IMG/VR virus record: IMGVR_UViG_2585427725_000018
DNA from: a virus
Lineage: Duplodnaviria > Heunggongvirae > Uroviricota > Caudoviricetes
Strand: one strand, 5' to 3'
Length of the DNA: 35,588 nt
The position numbers and the translations under genes were made by a program. The stretch's first letter is position 1; each line of letters begins with the position of its first letter. This document shows positions 16,756-25,726 of this stretch, one piece after another. Below the pieces are notes generated by a model that saw nothing but the letters and a program-made list of their open reading frames with translations, had not been told where the DNA came from and searched no databases.

Positions 16756-17215
16756 CGCTTTCACCCCACGTCACATCCTGGAATACATGCGACCAGTCGC
16801 CTTCGGAAGATGGCAGGCGGGGTTTTGGCTCCGGCAGGTGTTCTGCCTGCGGGGTGCCCTGACTGATGCGCGTGATGCGAACGCGTTCCCGCAGGGGGAG
16901 CGTAAACAGGAGATCGGCGCTGTCATCGTCATTGATAACGGCGGAGAATTTGATGTCCTGATTACGCTCAGGGTTGAGCAACAACTGTGGCTGATTTTCG
17001 GATAACCACGCCAGCAGCGGCAGCGTGAGGTCGTCCAGCTCCCCGGCGTAATCCATGACAAACATCACCATCTGATAGCGGTAAACAAACGATGGGGTTT
17101 CTCCTGTCGTTTCAATGTTGCCGCTCTCCACGAAAATGGTGAATTTTTCCGGGTTGGCCTGACACCATCGGCATGAACGGGTCATGGCTTCACGCAGGGA
17201 ATCAGTTTTCAGCAT
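16748..17215 (-). CDS. R: Tail completion protein R
   Basis: 155 aa, conserved position after the lysis cassette; gpR-like. Confidence 0.8.
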   Translation of the reverse strand: MLKTDSLREAMTRSCRWCQANPEKFTIFVESGNIETTGETPSFVYRYQMVMFVMDYAGELDDLTLPLLAWLSENQPQLLLNPERNQDIKFSAVINDDDSADLLFTLPLRERVRITRISQGTPQAEHLPEPKPRLPSSEGDWSHVFQDVTWGESDG

Positions 17216-17492
17216 GGTTGTTGTCCTCGTTGTTCAGTCTTTGCAGCCTGCGCTGTTCCAGTAATTCAATGGCCCGTTTATCCGCGTTACAGGTTTCCAG
17301 TGCATCCAGAAGGCGGTCGCCCCATATACCGAGATTTCCCCATGTGGGAGTGTCAGGGAAGGGGGGAGGCGTTACCGGTATGGTCAGTGTCTGCGGTATA
17401 AGCCGGACTGACGGCGCTGGCCGTGGCGCGTTCTGCGTGCCTGCGCAACCTGTCAGAAAAACGAGCGTCAGGCAAAGCGTGGGCGCATTCAT
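17202..17492 (-). CDS. lysC: Outer-membrane spanin (Rz1/LysC-like lipoprotein)
   Basis: MNAPTLCLTLVFLTGCAG: signal peptide with an LTGC lipobox, then a Pro-rich region. Starts inside the i-spanin gene in another frame and extends beyond it. Confidence 0.7.
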   Translation of the reverse strand: MNAPTLCLTLVFLTGCAGTQNAPRPAPSVRLIPQTLTIPVTPPPFPDTPTWGNLGIWGDRLLDALETCNADKRAIELLEQRRLQRLNNEDNNHAEN

Positions 17493-17760
17493 CTTTTGCA
17501 ATATCGTTGCGTAGCTGTTCACGTCTGGCCTCTCCGTTCTGATTTCGCTGTTGATTTTCCACTCGGAGTTGCGCCAGCACCTGCTGCATATCCTGCACCC
17601 CGGTGCTGATGATATTCAGTGTGTCGACGGTACTTTTCAGGGCGCTGGCCTGCGCTTCGTTTCTGGCGTTCTCCCGGCCCAGCGACCATGACAGACGCAT
17701 GGATGTTCCCCATGCGGCAATCAGAAGAAAAGCGACGCCCAGAGAAGTCCATAACTTCAT
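17353..17760 (-). CDS. lysB: Inner-membrane spanin (Rz/LysB-like)
   Basis: N-terminal TM helix (LGVAFLLIAAWG) followed by a coiled-coil periplasmic region. ATGA overlap with the endolysin stop. Confidence 0.75.
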   Translation of the reverse strand: MKLWTSLGVAFLLIAAWGTSMRLSWSLGRENARNEAQASALKSTVDTLNIISTGVQDMQQVLAQLRVENQQRNQNGEARREQLRNDIAKDECAHALPDARFSDRLRRHAERATASAVSPAYTADTDHTGNASPLP

Positions 17761-18302
17761 GCTGCCACGCGTTCCTTTATCCAGCCGTAGACAAACGATT
17801 CGTTGGCTTCGCGTTTTTCCGCCAGCTCCAGATAGCGTTCACCCTGTGTACAGTTCAGTGCTGTGAACATCACCATCTCGCCGTCCCGACCGCGTTTTTC
17901 CAGATATGCACGCAATGCGTTAATCGTGCGTGGGCCAGTGCGTCCGTCCGTGTCCATATCGGGATACAGTTTCCCGCCCTGATTGAATGCGTTCAGCCAG
18001 CGCTGAAGCATTCTGGTTGCCACAGACGGTCCCATATTTACTCCGGTGTCACACAGTTCTGCGGCAATATCCGGGGACAGCTTCGCTATCTGATCAAAAC
18101 GCGGTCCGTACCAGTAATCAGCTTCAAGGATTTCCAGTGCCTGTCCGCGCGTTAAATCACGCATATCGCCACGGTATCCGTGCGCCCGTGCCACCTTTTC
18201 AGTGATGCCCCATTTTGTCGGACCGCCTCTGTCATCCGGGTGATTGACGTAGCCGCCTTCTTTGCCAAGAACGGCATCAAAAATTTCGTCTTTCGATTTC
18301 AT
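17757..18302 (-). CDS. Endolysin (GH108-like domain plus peptidoglycan-binding domain)
   Basis: N-terminal GGYVNHPDDRGGPTKWGIT segment typical of GH108 phage lysozymes; C-terminal PG-binding-like region. AGAGGTGA RBS. Confidence 0.85.
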   Translation of the reverse strand: MKSKDEIFDAVLGKEGGYVNHPDDRGGPTKWGITEKVARAHGYRGDMRDLTRGQALEILEADYWYGPRFDQIAKLSPDIAAELCDTGVNMGPSVATRMLQRWLNAFNQGGKLYPDMDTDGRTGPRTINALRAYLEKRGRDGEMVMFTALNCTQGERYLELAEKREANESFVYGWIKERVAA

Positions 18303-18356
18303 TTCGTCACCTCTGTGAATGATTTTTATGGTGATTACCGGCTTTAAGCCTGCGAT

Positions 18357-18680
18357 TTATTCATCTCCCTTTTGGGTTATGCGGTTAAAGGCGGCAATGA
18401 TCTTGTCGCGTGCTTTTTCTGCGCCCATAAAACCGATAGATGCGCCGAAAAACGTCACGGCATCTTCAGGAACTCCGAAGAAGCGCAACGACCCGGCCAC
18501 GGCCATGGCAAGAACGCCGCACGCCAGCGATCCCGTTACGGTCTGAACCAGTGTTCGTCCGTCATAAAGACTCATCAGCGCGGAAATGCTGACCGCCGCG
18601 CCTACTGCATACACCGTTGGCAGGTGGTCAAAGAGCCACGCAATAACCTGCTCTGTGATCCCTGTTTGAATGGTGCTCAC
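18357..18680 (-). CDS. Holin
   Basis: 107 aa with hydrophobic TM segments, directly upstream of the endolysin. GTG start preceded by GGGGGGAG at 5 nt, 2 nt after the X stop. The track's 180-aa ORF extends into X and L and is rejected. Confidence 0.6.
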   Translation of the reverse strand: MSTIQTGITEQVIAWLFDHLPTVYAVGAAVSISALMSLYDGRTLVQTVTGSLACGVLAMAVAGSLRFFGVPEDAVTFFGASIGFMGAEKARDKIIAAFNRITQKGDE

Positions 18681-18682
18681 TG

Positions 18683-18883
18683 CTACTCCCCCCACAACTG
18701 AATCATTTCTCGTTTCTTCTTCTCCGGCTCCGGCATCTCCACTTCCTGCCCGGCGTCCAGAAATACCTGCTGACAGAGTCCGGGGTTGGCATCCAGCACC
18801 TTTTCGGTGACGCCCTGCGTCGTGCCGTAGTACCGGAAACAGAGCGAATCCACGGTGTCGCCTTCCAGTGCCTTCACTTTCAT
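18683..18883 (-). CDS. X: Tail protein X
   Basis: 67 aa (MKVKALEGDTVDSLCFRYYG...), same length and position as P2 gpX. ATGA overlap with the L stop. Confidence 0.8.
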   Translation of the reverse strand: MKVKALEGDTVDSLCFRYYGTTQGVTEKVLDANPGLCQQVFLDAGQEVEMPEPEKKKREMIQLWGE

Positions 18884-19377
18884 CAGCACAACTCCGCAAA
18901 GATTCGCGGGCGGCACAGAATGTCAGAGATGGCCCAGCTCACATCGCGCCACAAATCCGATGTCTGTATATCCAGTGCGTCCGCCCGGCGGTCGCCCTTG
19001 TCCGTTGTGTCCGCATCGCGGTAACGCTCCAGAATCAGGGCGCGTGTGGCGGTGTAAACCGCATTGCGCCAGTGCCAGAGATTGACGCTTTCTCCGTTAA
19101 TTACGGGTGCCGGAACATCGGCCAGCGTCTGATGGCCAGCCGCCTGCTGTTCCTGCTGCCACGCTTCCAGCTCGCGGGTAACGTGTGCCACGGCCCCGGT
19201 GGCGGTATGCAGCAGGCGGGAGGTGGTCACACGGCCCGGCAGTCGTACCGCCAGACGCAGTTCACGCAGCACAATATCCGGCCAGAATGCACCTGCTGAA
19301 ATACGGGTATCACCATCATCGGTATCGGTGATGTCGTCCTCTGCGGGTCCGGGGTTGGTTCTGGCAACCATACTCAT
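18883..19377 (-). CDS. L: Head completion / stabilisation protein L
   Basis: About 164 aa at the conserved position after M. ATG at 19377 with CAGGAG 8 nt upstream; the track start 19386 is a GTG. Confidence 0.8.
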   Translation of the reverse strand: MSMVARTNPGPAEDDITDTDDGDTRISAGAFWPDIVLRELRLAVRLPGRVTTSRLLHTATGAVAHVTRELEAWQQEQQAAGHQTLADVPAPVINGESVNLWHWRNAVYTATRALILERYRDADTTDKGDRRADALDIQTSDLWRDVSWAISDILCRPRIFAELC

Positions 19378-19478
19378 GGGGTTCACTCCTGAAAAAATCG
19401 GGCGGTGGGTGCGCGGTGTAAACGGTCACGGAGTCAAACCGGAACACCGCGCACGCCGCCCGCTGACGGGGTCAGTCG

Positions 19479-20279
19479 TTAACCGCGCTTCGCCTTCTGC
19501 GTCGCGGTGGTTTTTCGTGTTGCAGGCTTCCGCGTTGTCTTTTTACTTTTGCTGCTTTCGTCCTGCGCCTGCTGTGTGCTGGCGTCTTCTGGTGCGGCTG
19601 CGGAATCGGCTTTTTTCAGGGCGCGGGAAAGGGTTGCAATCTCGCGTTTCACACCTGCGTTCGGGTTCAGGTGCATTGCTTCGCGCAGCAGCTTCAGTGA
19701 CAGGGCCATGCTGTCCGCATCACTCAGGCCACGGCGGACAAAGGCGCACGCTTTGCATAATTTGGCGCGCACTTCGTCCGGCATGTCCTGGTCGGTGACA
19801 ATCTCCCGGAGGGTGTCCAGTGGTTCGATAAAGGCGGACAAATCCGCGTCGGCATCCGTCCCGGCCTGCGTCAGTACCGGATTACAGATTTCTTCGGTCA
19901 GTACCGTGGCAGCAGTACGGCCAAAGTTATCCGGCATGATGAGGTTGTGACGGACCACATACGCGCCGATACGCAGCGCAAGCGGAAGATCGCCACAGTC
20001 AATCGCCCACACCATCAGCGTGGCAATCACTTCATCCTGCTGCCCGCCGTCAGCCTCCAGCGTTCCCTCAATCCAGCCGGAAAAATCCGGCAACAACTCT
20101 TTTTTGATGGCGGCTTTCGCGCTTCTGGCCTGTACGCCCTTAAGCCGGGCCTGTGCCAGACGCAGACGATACAGCACCTCTTCATGCGCGGTACGCGCGG
20201 CGTGGTCCACGCCTTCATTCGCCCGGCCTGCGCGCTGTGCCATCACGTTCTGCCAGTGTTGCTGTGCAGGAGTAATCAT
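19479..20279 (-). CDS. M: Terminase endonuclease (small) subunit M
   Basis: 266 aa, conserved position after the capsid gene; basic Lys/Thr-rich C-terminal tail. GGAGAG RBS. Confidence 0.8.
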   Translation of the reverse strand: MITPAQQHWQNVMAQRAGRANEGVDHAARTAHEEVLYRLRLAQARLKGVQARSAKAAIKKELLPDFSGWIEGTLEADGGQQDEVIATLMVWAIDCGDLPLALRIGAYVVRHNLIMPDNFGRTAATVLTEEICNPVLTQAGTDADADLSAFIEPLDTLREIVTDQDMPDEVRAKLCKACAFVRRGLSDADSMALSLKLLREAMHLNPNAGVKREIATLSRALKKADSAAAPEDASTQQAQDESSKSKKTTRKPATRKTTATQKAKRG

Positions 20280-20324
20280 TTGTTCTCTCCGTTACTGGCG
20301 GGCATGATGCCCGCCGTGAGTTGA

Positions 20325-21377
20325 TTAGCTGTCGGCGAACTTCAGGCCAGTGACCATCGCGCACTTGCCATAGTCTTCAACGACATAAGCGTCATTGATG
20401 GACTGGTAGGTGGCGATGCGGTTGTATTCCGGCTCGTCTTTCATCAGGCGACGCATTGAACCTTTCTGCCAGTAAATCGACAGGTTGTTGAACGAGGTGA
20501 TCAGCATCGTTGCATCCGGGAAGAACGGCGCAAGGAACACGCCCAGCCCGCCAATGGTGCGCGATGACAGGATGAGCTGCCCGGCAAGTAATTCCGCATT
20601 GGGATTCTGGCCGCTGATGCTGTTCAGCACGGGCAGACGCAGCGAGTTAAACAGGTTGCGCCCCATAATCACCACAAGGTCGTCAGCTTCCTTGTGCCAT
20701 TCATCCAGCAGGGATGAGCGTGCGTCCTGTACCAGTGCATCAGCGTTCGCATACTTACCCGCGTGCGCCACGGTGTTGTCCATGTTGCGGGAGGTCAGCG
20801 TCACGTCATTCATAACGCGTTCGCTGGCGTCGGTTCTGATGTGCTCCAGCCATCCCACGTTAACGTCCTGAAGCAGCTTGTTGGTGCTGAAGTTGGACTC
20901 ATCCGCGTGAGACGTGCCGTTGAAACCGATCATGATGCGGTCAAGCGCCACCTGTCGGGCAATCTGTGCGCTGATGCGGGACTGAAAATCAGGATGTGCC
21001 GCCCAGGCATCAAGCTGCGGATATGAAATAAACGTGTCGTAGTTCACCTGTTCGCACTGGTATTTGCGGTTTTTCAGATCAACCACGTTATTCGGGTTAC
21101 GGCGTTTTGTGCCGTCATAACTGGTATTCGTGCGTGCAATTGGCCCGGTGGTGTCCAGGAGGATTTTTTCGCCTTTCTGGTCGGTCACGCCGATCACGTT
21201 AATTCTTTTTGTAAATTCGGTGCTTTCCTTTGAGGCGTTTTCAAAACGCTGCTGCACCGAGGGTTCCACGGTAAATCGCGATACCAGTGCGGAAACCGGG
21301 ATATTGTTAAGCGACGCCTGCTGCGCCATATAGCAACCCAGCTTGTTGCGGGTAATATCTGACATCACCAGATTCAT
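20325..21377 (-). CDS. N: Major capsid protein N
   Basis: 350 aa; contains the FTVEPSVQQ segment shared with P2 gpN (FTVEPSVTQ). AAGGAG RBS. Confidence 0.9.
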   Translation of the reverse strand: MNLVMSDITRNKLGCYMAQQASLNNIPVSALVSRFTVEPSVQQRFENASKESTEFTKRINVIGVTDQKGEKILLDTTGPIARTNTSYDGTKRRNPNNVVDLKNRKYQCEQVNYDTFISYPQLDAWAAHPDFQSRISAQIARQVALDRIMIGFNGTSHADESNFSTNKLLQDVNVGWLEHIRTDASERVMNDVTLTSRNMDNTVAHAGKYANADALVQDARSSLLDEWHKEADDLVVIMGRNLFNSLRLPVLNSISGQNPNAELLAGQLILSSRTIGGLGVFLAPFFPDATMLITSFNNLSIYWQKGSMRRLMKDEPEYNRIATYQSINDAYVVEDYGKCAMVTGLKFADS

Positions 21378-21400
21378 AAAAAATTTGCTCCTTTGTCTTA

Positions 21401-22237
21401 TCAGAAGTCAGCCAGCTGGTCGGAGGCTGCGCCCGTTGCGGTGAAGCGGTTCTGCGGATCGCCGTCCTGCGTGCGCAGTTTTTCCTTCAGTGCTGTCAGC
21501 TCTGTGGTCAGTGACGTGATTTTCTGGCGGTCCTGCTGATGGCGGGTTTCCAGCACATTAAAACGGTCGATAATGTCGGCCTGTGACGTTGCGACGCCTT
21601 CCACCGCTTCCTGAATACGGGAAAAACTGGCGTCATCCGCTTTGCGGCCACGGCCAATAATCCCCATTACGCGGTTAAACCACTGGGTGCCTTCTTCCTG
21701 GCGTTGTTCTGCCATTTCGATGATTTCAGACTCGATGGCTTCGGAGATAAGCGGTGCTTCACCCTGGATACTGTTGAACGTCATCACCGCCTGACGCTGC
21801 TGTGCCGTGAATTTCAGGCGCTCAGTGCCCAGGCTTGCCGGGGTGTCGGTCATCGCCAGCCCGACCAGATAGGCGCGCCCGTTAACGGAGAACTGCGGGT
21901 GCAGTTCGATACTGGAATAGATTTTCTTGCCGTCAGCGACAAGCTGCTTCATGCGCTCGGTCGGTTCGATTTCTGCATACAGCGCAGTACGTCCGGCCAG
22001 CGGGCCTTCCGTAATATCTTCCGTACTCAGCGCGGTGACATCGCCCATTGCGGAAAATTCGCTTGACGGGCATGGCGAGAGATAGTGCTCAACGTTCACG
22101 CGGGCGGCGTAAACATCCGGGTTGAAGTTCTCAGCGGCTTCACGCAGATGCACCGGACTGATTTCGCGGCCATCAACAGTTGATCCGGAGACAGCCACGC
22201 GAAACTTTTTGCGGGATGTCTTTTTTTCATTAGCCAT
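21401..22237 (-). CDS. O: Capsid scaffolding protein O
   Basis: MANEKKTSRKKFRVAVSGSTVDGREISPVHLREAAENFNPDVYAARVNVEH aligns with the gpO N-terminus. Internal ATG at 22237 preferred over the track start. Confidence 0.85.
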   Translation of the reverse strand: MANEKKTSRKKFRVAVSGSTVDGREISPVHLREAAENFNPDVYAARVNVEHYLSPCPSSEFSAMGDVTALSTEDITEGPLAGRTALYAEIEPTERMKQLVADGKKIYSSIELHPQFSVNGRAYLVGLAMTDTPASLGTERLKFTAQQRQAVMTFNSIQGEAPLISEAIESEIIEMAEQRQEEGTQWFNRVMGIIGRGRKADDASFSRIQEAVEGVATSQADIIDRFNVLETRHQQDRQKITSLTTELTALKEKLRTQDGDPQNRFTATGAASDQLADF

Positions 22238-22309
22238 AGTTTTTGCCCCTCTGACTGGTTCTTCAGTCATGATGGCAAAGCGTAACAGGCTGATACAAAG
22301 GGCTTTTGT

Positions 22310-22330
22310 TGTAAGAAAACGGCCAGAACA
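22310..22330. promoter_or_regulatory. Candidate Ogr-binding dyad in the divergent O/P late promoter region
   Basis: TGT-N12-AGA-ACA (TGT aagaaaacggcc aga aca), centred about 55 bp upstream of a -10-like TAATCT (22362-22367) for P, and at a symmetrical distance from the O start. Confidence 0.35.
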
Positions 22331-22391
22331 GGGGGTTAAGGAGAACGGTTTCGCGCGCGGGTAATCTTCCTGTAATTACTCAGGGGGAGCA

Positions 22392-24143
22392 ATGATTCAG
22401 GACGCTTTTGTGCGCCAGCGTGCGCGGCAACTTTACTGGCAGGGTTATCCGCCCGCAGAAATATCACGTCTGATGGGAATAAACCCGAACACGATTTATG
22501 CGTGGAAAAAACGCGACCAGTGGGATGAAACGCCACCCGTGCAGCGTGTCACGCAGTCCATCGATGCGCGCCTCATCCAGCTCACTGAAAAACAGAATAA
22601 AACAGGTGGTGACTTTAAGGAAATAGACCTGCTGACCCGGCAGCTTAAAAAGCTGCATGATGGCCAGCCGGATGTGATGGCCGCAGGAAAGAAAGGCCGG
22701 GCGAAAAAACTCAAAAATCATTTCACGCCGGAACAGATTGCCGCACTGCGGGAAAAAATCATCAGCAGGCTGGAGTGGCATCAGCGGGGCTGGTTTGACT
22801 CCCTGACCCTTTGCAGGGAAGCCGGGATACGTAACAGGATGATCCTGAAATCCCGACAGATTGGGGCGACCTGGTATTTTGCACAGGAAGCACTGCTGAT
22901 GGCGCTGCGTGACGATGTGGCGCAACCTTACCAGCGTAACCAGATTTTTTTGTCTGCGTCGCGTCGTCAGGCGTTCCAGTTTAAAAGCATTATTCAGAAG
23001 GCCGCGGCTGAAGTTGATGTGGAGCTGAAAGGGGGCGATAAAATCATCCTCTCCAACGGCGCAGAGCTGCATTTTCTCGGCACATCTGCTGCGTCGGCAC
23101 AGTCCTATACGGGCAATTTTTATTTTGATGAATTTTTCTGGGTCAGTCGCTTTGCTGAACTGCGCAAGGTGGCTGGCGCTATGGCAACCCTCAGCGGACT
23201 GCGGCGCACCTACTTCTCCACGCCATCCACCGAAACGCACGAGGCATACGCCTACTGGAACGGCGACCGCTGGAACGAGAAAAAGGCCTCGCATAAACGC
23301 CAGCGTTTTTCTGTGGACTGGAAAACGCTGCATAACGGGCTTATCTGCCCTGACCGGACGTGGCGGCAAATTGTCACGCTGGAAGATGTGGTTAATCACG
23401 GCTGGAAACACACCGATATCGACGAAATTCGTGATGAAAACACCGAAGACGAGTTCCTCAATCTCTATATGTGTGAGTTTGTCCGCGAAGGGGAATCGGC
23501 ATTTAACCTGAATATCCTGATTGGCTGCGGTGTTGACGGATACGACGACTGGAAAGACTGGAAACCTTTTGCTCCCCGCCCGATGGGGAATCGTCCGGTA
23601 TGGATTGGGTATGACGCAAACGGCAGCAGTGGAAACGGCGACAGCGGCGCAGTGTCCGTGGTGGTTCCTCCGGCTGTTCCTGGTGGCCGTTTTCGAACGG
23701 TGGAGACGCGACGCGTTCAGGGGCTGGAGTTTGAAGAACAGGCCAGAGTAATTGAAGAGTTCACGTATCGCTACAACGTGGAACACATCGGCATTGATGT
23801 GACGGGCGGGAACGGGGAGGCTGTTTATCAGATAGTGAAACGGTTTTTCCCTGCTGCTATTCCGTACACCTTCACGCTGTCATCAAAACGGTCGCTGGTA
23901 CTGAAAATGCTGCAAATAATGCGTGCCGGGCGGTGGGAATACGATCGCGCCGAACGCGAGCTGGTCGCGGCCTTTAACGCCGTGCGTAAGGTGAAAACAC
24001 CGGGCGGCTTTATCACTTACGAAACGGACCGCGCGAGGGGGATCAGCCACGGCGACCTTGCGTGGGCAACCATGCTTGCTGTCATTAACGAACCGATTGG
24101 CGGCGAAGGAGAAAACGAGCGTTTCACGGTTATGGAGTTCTGA
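22392..24143 (+). CDS. P: Terminase ATPase (large) subunit P
   Basis: 583 aa; N-terminal HTH-like segment (EISRLMGINPNTIYAWKKRDQWDE), gpP-like throughout. Confidence 0.95.
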   Translation: MIQDAFVRQRARQLYWQGYPPAEISRLMGINPNTIYAWKKRDQWDETPPVQRVTQSIDARLIQLTEKQNKTGGDFKEIDLLTRQLKKLHDGQPDVMAAGKKGRAKKLKNHFTPEQIAALREKIISRLEWHQRGWFDSLTLCREAGIRNRMILKSRQIGATWYFAQEALLMALRDDVAQPYQRNQIFLSASRRQAFQFKSIIQKAAAEVDVELKGGDKIILSNGAELHFLGTSAASAQSYTGNFYFDEFFWVSRFAELRKVAGAMATLSGLRRTYFSTPSTETHEAYAYWNGDRWNEKKASHKRQRFSVDWKTLHNGLICPDRTWRQIVTLEDVVNHGWKHTDIDEIRDENTEDEFLNLYMCEFVREGESAFNLNILIGCGVDGYDDWKDWKPFAPRPMGNRPVWIGYDANGSSGNGDSGAVSVVVPPAVPGGRFRTVETRRVQGLEFEEQARVIEEFTYRYNVEHIGIDVTGGNGEAVYQIVKRFFPAAIPYTFTLSSKRSLVLKMLQIMRAGRWEYDRAERELVAAFNAVRKVKTPGGFITYETDRARGISHGDLAWATMLAVINEPIGGEGENERFTVMEF

Positions 24144-25189
24144 TGAGCAGAAAAAATAAAAAAGTGCGCATGAGTTCACGCATTGATCTCGCTGATGCGC
24201 TCAGGAAAGAATCGTCGCTCAGTGCATTCACATTTGATGGTCCTTATCGCCTGACCGGGCATGATTTGCTGGACAATATGTACTGTGCTGATAACGGGCG
24301 GTGGTATGAAACCCCGGTGGACTGGTACGGTCTGGCAAGAGCTGCCCGGCAAACGTCCTGGCATCAGTCTGCGCTTTACTTTAAGCGCAATGTATTGCTC
24401 GGTTGCTATATTCCGCACCCGCTGCTTTCCCGGCAGGATTTCTCGGCGCTGGCGCTGGACTGGTTTGTGTTCGGTAACGCATTCCTTGAGCTTCGAAGCA
24501 ATATGCTCGGCGAACCGCTTAAATTACGGCACGCCCTGGCGAAATACATGCGACGCGGAAGCGATCTTGAATCATGGTGGTATGTGCAGGATGGTAAGGA
24601 CGCGTTTCAGTTTCGCCCTGGCAAAGTGTGCCACCTGATGAATCCTGACATTAACCAGGAAATCTACGGCATGCCGGAATATCTCGGCGCATTACTCTCG
24701 GCCAGCCTGTCTCATTCGGCGGACATGTTCAGAAAACTGTATTACGACAACGGATCCCACGCCGGGTGCATCATCTACATCGGTGCAGCGCAGGTAAACC
24801 GCGAAAGCATGGACTCCCTGAAAGAAACGCTACAGGGTGCGCGTGGTGGCGGTGCGTTTAAAAACGTGCTCATTCATGCGCCCAACGGGGGCAAAGAGGG
24901 GGTGCAAATTTTGCCGTTCCAGCAGATCACCGCAAAGGATGAGTTCATGAATGTTAAGGCGGCATCCCGTGATGATGTGCTGGCTGCGCACCGCGTTCCG
25001 CCGCAACTGATGGGGGCGATGCCGGGTGAAAAAAGTGCGTTTGGTGATGTGGAGAAGGCCGCGCGGGTTTACGCAATTAACGAGCTGATGCCCGTCATGG
25101 AGGCCATGAAGCACATCAATGACTGGCTTGGCGAAGAGGTGATCCGCTTTAACCCTTACGCACTGTTAGACACCCAGCCCACATCCTGA
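24143..25189 (+). CDS. Q: Portal protein Q
   Basis: 348 aa; start overlaps the P stop (TGATG); gpQ-like. Confidence 0.95.
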   Translation: MSRKNKKVRMSSRIDLADALRKESSLSAFTFDGPYRLTGHDLLDNMYCADNGRWYETPVDWYGLARAARQTSWHQSALYFKRNVLLGCYIPHPLLSRQDFSALALDWFVFGNAFLELRSNMLGEPLKLRHALAKYMRRGSDLESWWYVQDGKDAFQFRPGKVCHLMNPDINQEIYGMPEYLGALLSASLSHSADMFRKLYYDNGSHAGCIIYIGAAQVNRESMDSLKETLQGARGGGAFKNVLIHAPNGGKEGVQILPFQQITAKDEFMNVKAASRDDVLAAHRVPPQLMGAMPGEKSAFGDVEKAARVYAINELMPVMEAMKHINDWLGEEVIRFNPYALLDTQPTS

Positions 25190-25518
25190 CGCGCTTCGCT
25201 TGTCTGCTGCTTCGCCGGGGCATAAAAAATTTATGCCCCGACTCTCCAGCTCCTGTATCAATCAGATAATTTCACGACGCCTTCCAGTTTATCGCCACCA
25301 TCGACGGTCAGACTCTTACGCAATCCCACCGCGTTGACTGTATGTTCTCGCTGCCTCAGTGCGATTTTGACGGCTTTACCTTTCACCCCATCAAATCAAA
25401 AGCCCTCACGCCTTTTTCATGCTCAGCGTGAGAAATATGGCCATTCTGTTGTGTCTCTGCGACATCGTTCAGGGAATGCTATTTACCCCCTGAAACGCGG
25501 GCTGTTCCCCCGTCACCT

Positions 25519-25543
25519 GCGCGCAGAAAAAGCGCGCTTTTTT
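25519..25543 (+). terminator. Rho-independent terminator downstream of the P-Q operon
   Basis: GCGCGC agaaaaa GCGCGC followed by TTTTTT. Confidence 0.6.
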
Positions 25544-25612
25544 GTGCACGCACGGATCCTTGACGGATCCAGCCGCCATGCGGGCCGGAAGGGTAAAAAG
25601 TCGTTCAAAAAA

Positions 25613-25642
25613 ATTGTGCAAATTTGTGCACTATTGTGCAGA
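25613..25642. repeat. Three tandem 10-bp repeats (W-TTGTGCA-NN) in the cos-proximal non-coding region
   Basis: attgtgcaaa / tttgtgcact / attgtgcaga: TTGTGCA at 25614, 25624 and 25634, exactly one helical turn apart. Confidence 0.5.
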
Positions 25643-25726
25643 AGGGCGATGCGCGATTATCGCCCTGGTTTGAGGGGGATCAGGTGTTATTTTTATCTGT
25701 CGTCAGTGGGCTAAACCATCCACGAT

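Noticed and set aside
18357-18899. Track's 180-aa version of the holin ORF
   Set aside because: The upstream 73 codons overlap X and L in another frame and are Arg/Gly-rich; the GTG with a strong SD at 18680 gives a holin-sized product directly after the X stop.
22464-23786. 440-aa ORF on the minus strand inside terminase gene P
   Set aside because: Antisense to a gene with clear terminase similarity; Arg/Cys/Pro-rich low-complexity translation typical of a spurious frame in GC-rich DNA; no RBS.
25613-25642. Possible CRISPR-like repeat array
   Set aside because: Only three 10-bp units with no spacers of CRISPR size; this is a phased binding-site array, not CRISPR.
25250-25700. Exact cos cohesive-end site
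   Set aside because: Expected in this interval by gene order, but I could not match the cohesive-end sequence from memory with confidence, so no coordinate is reported.
25334-25714. 126-aa ORF in the portal-to-Ea22 gap
   Set aside because: Arg-rich junk-like sequence, no RBS, and it runs straight through a strong intrinsic terminator and the repeat array; region is more likely non-coding cos DNA.
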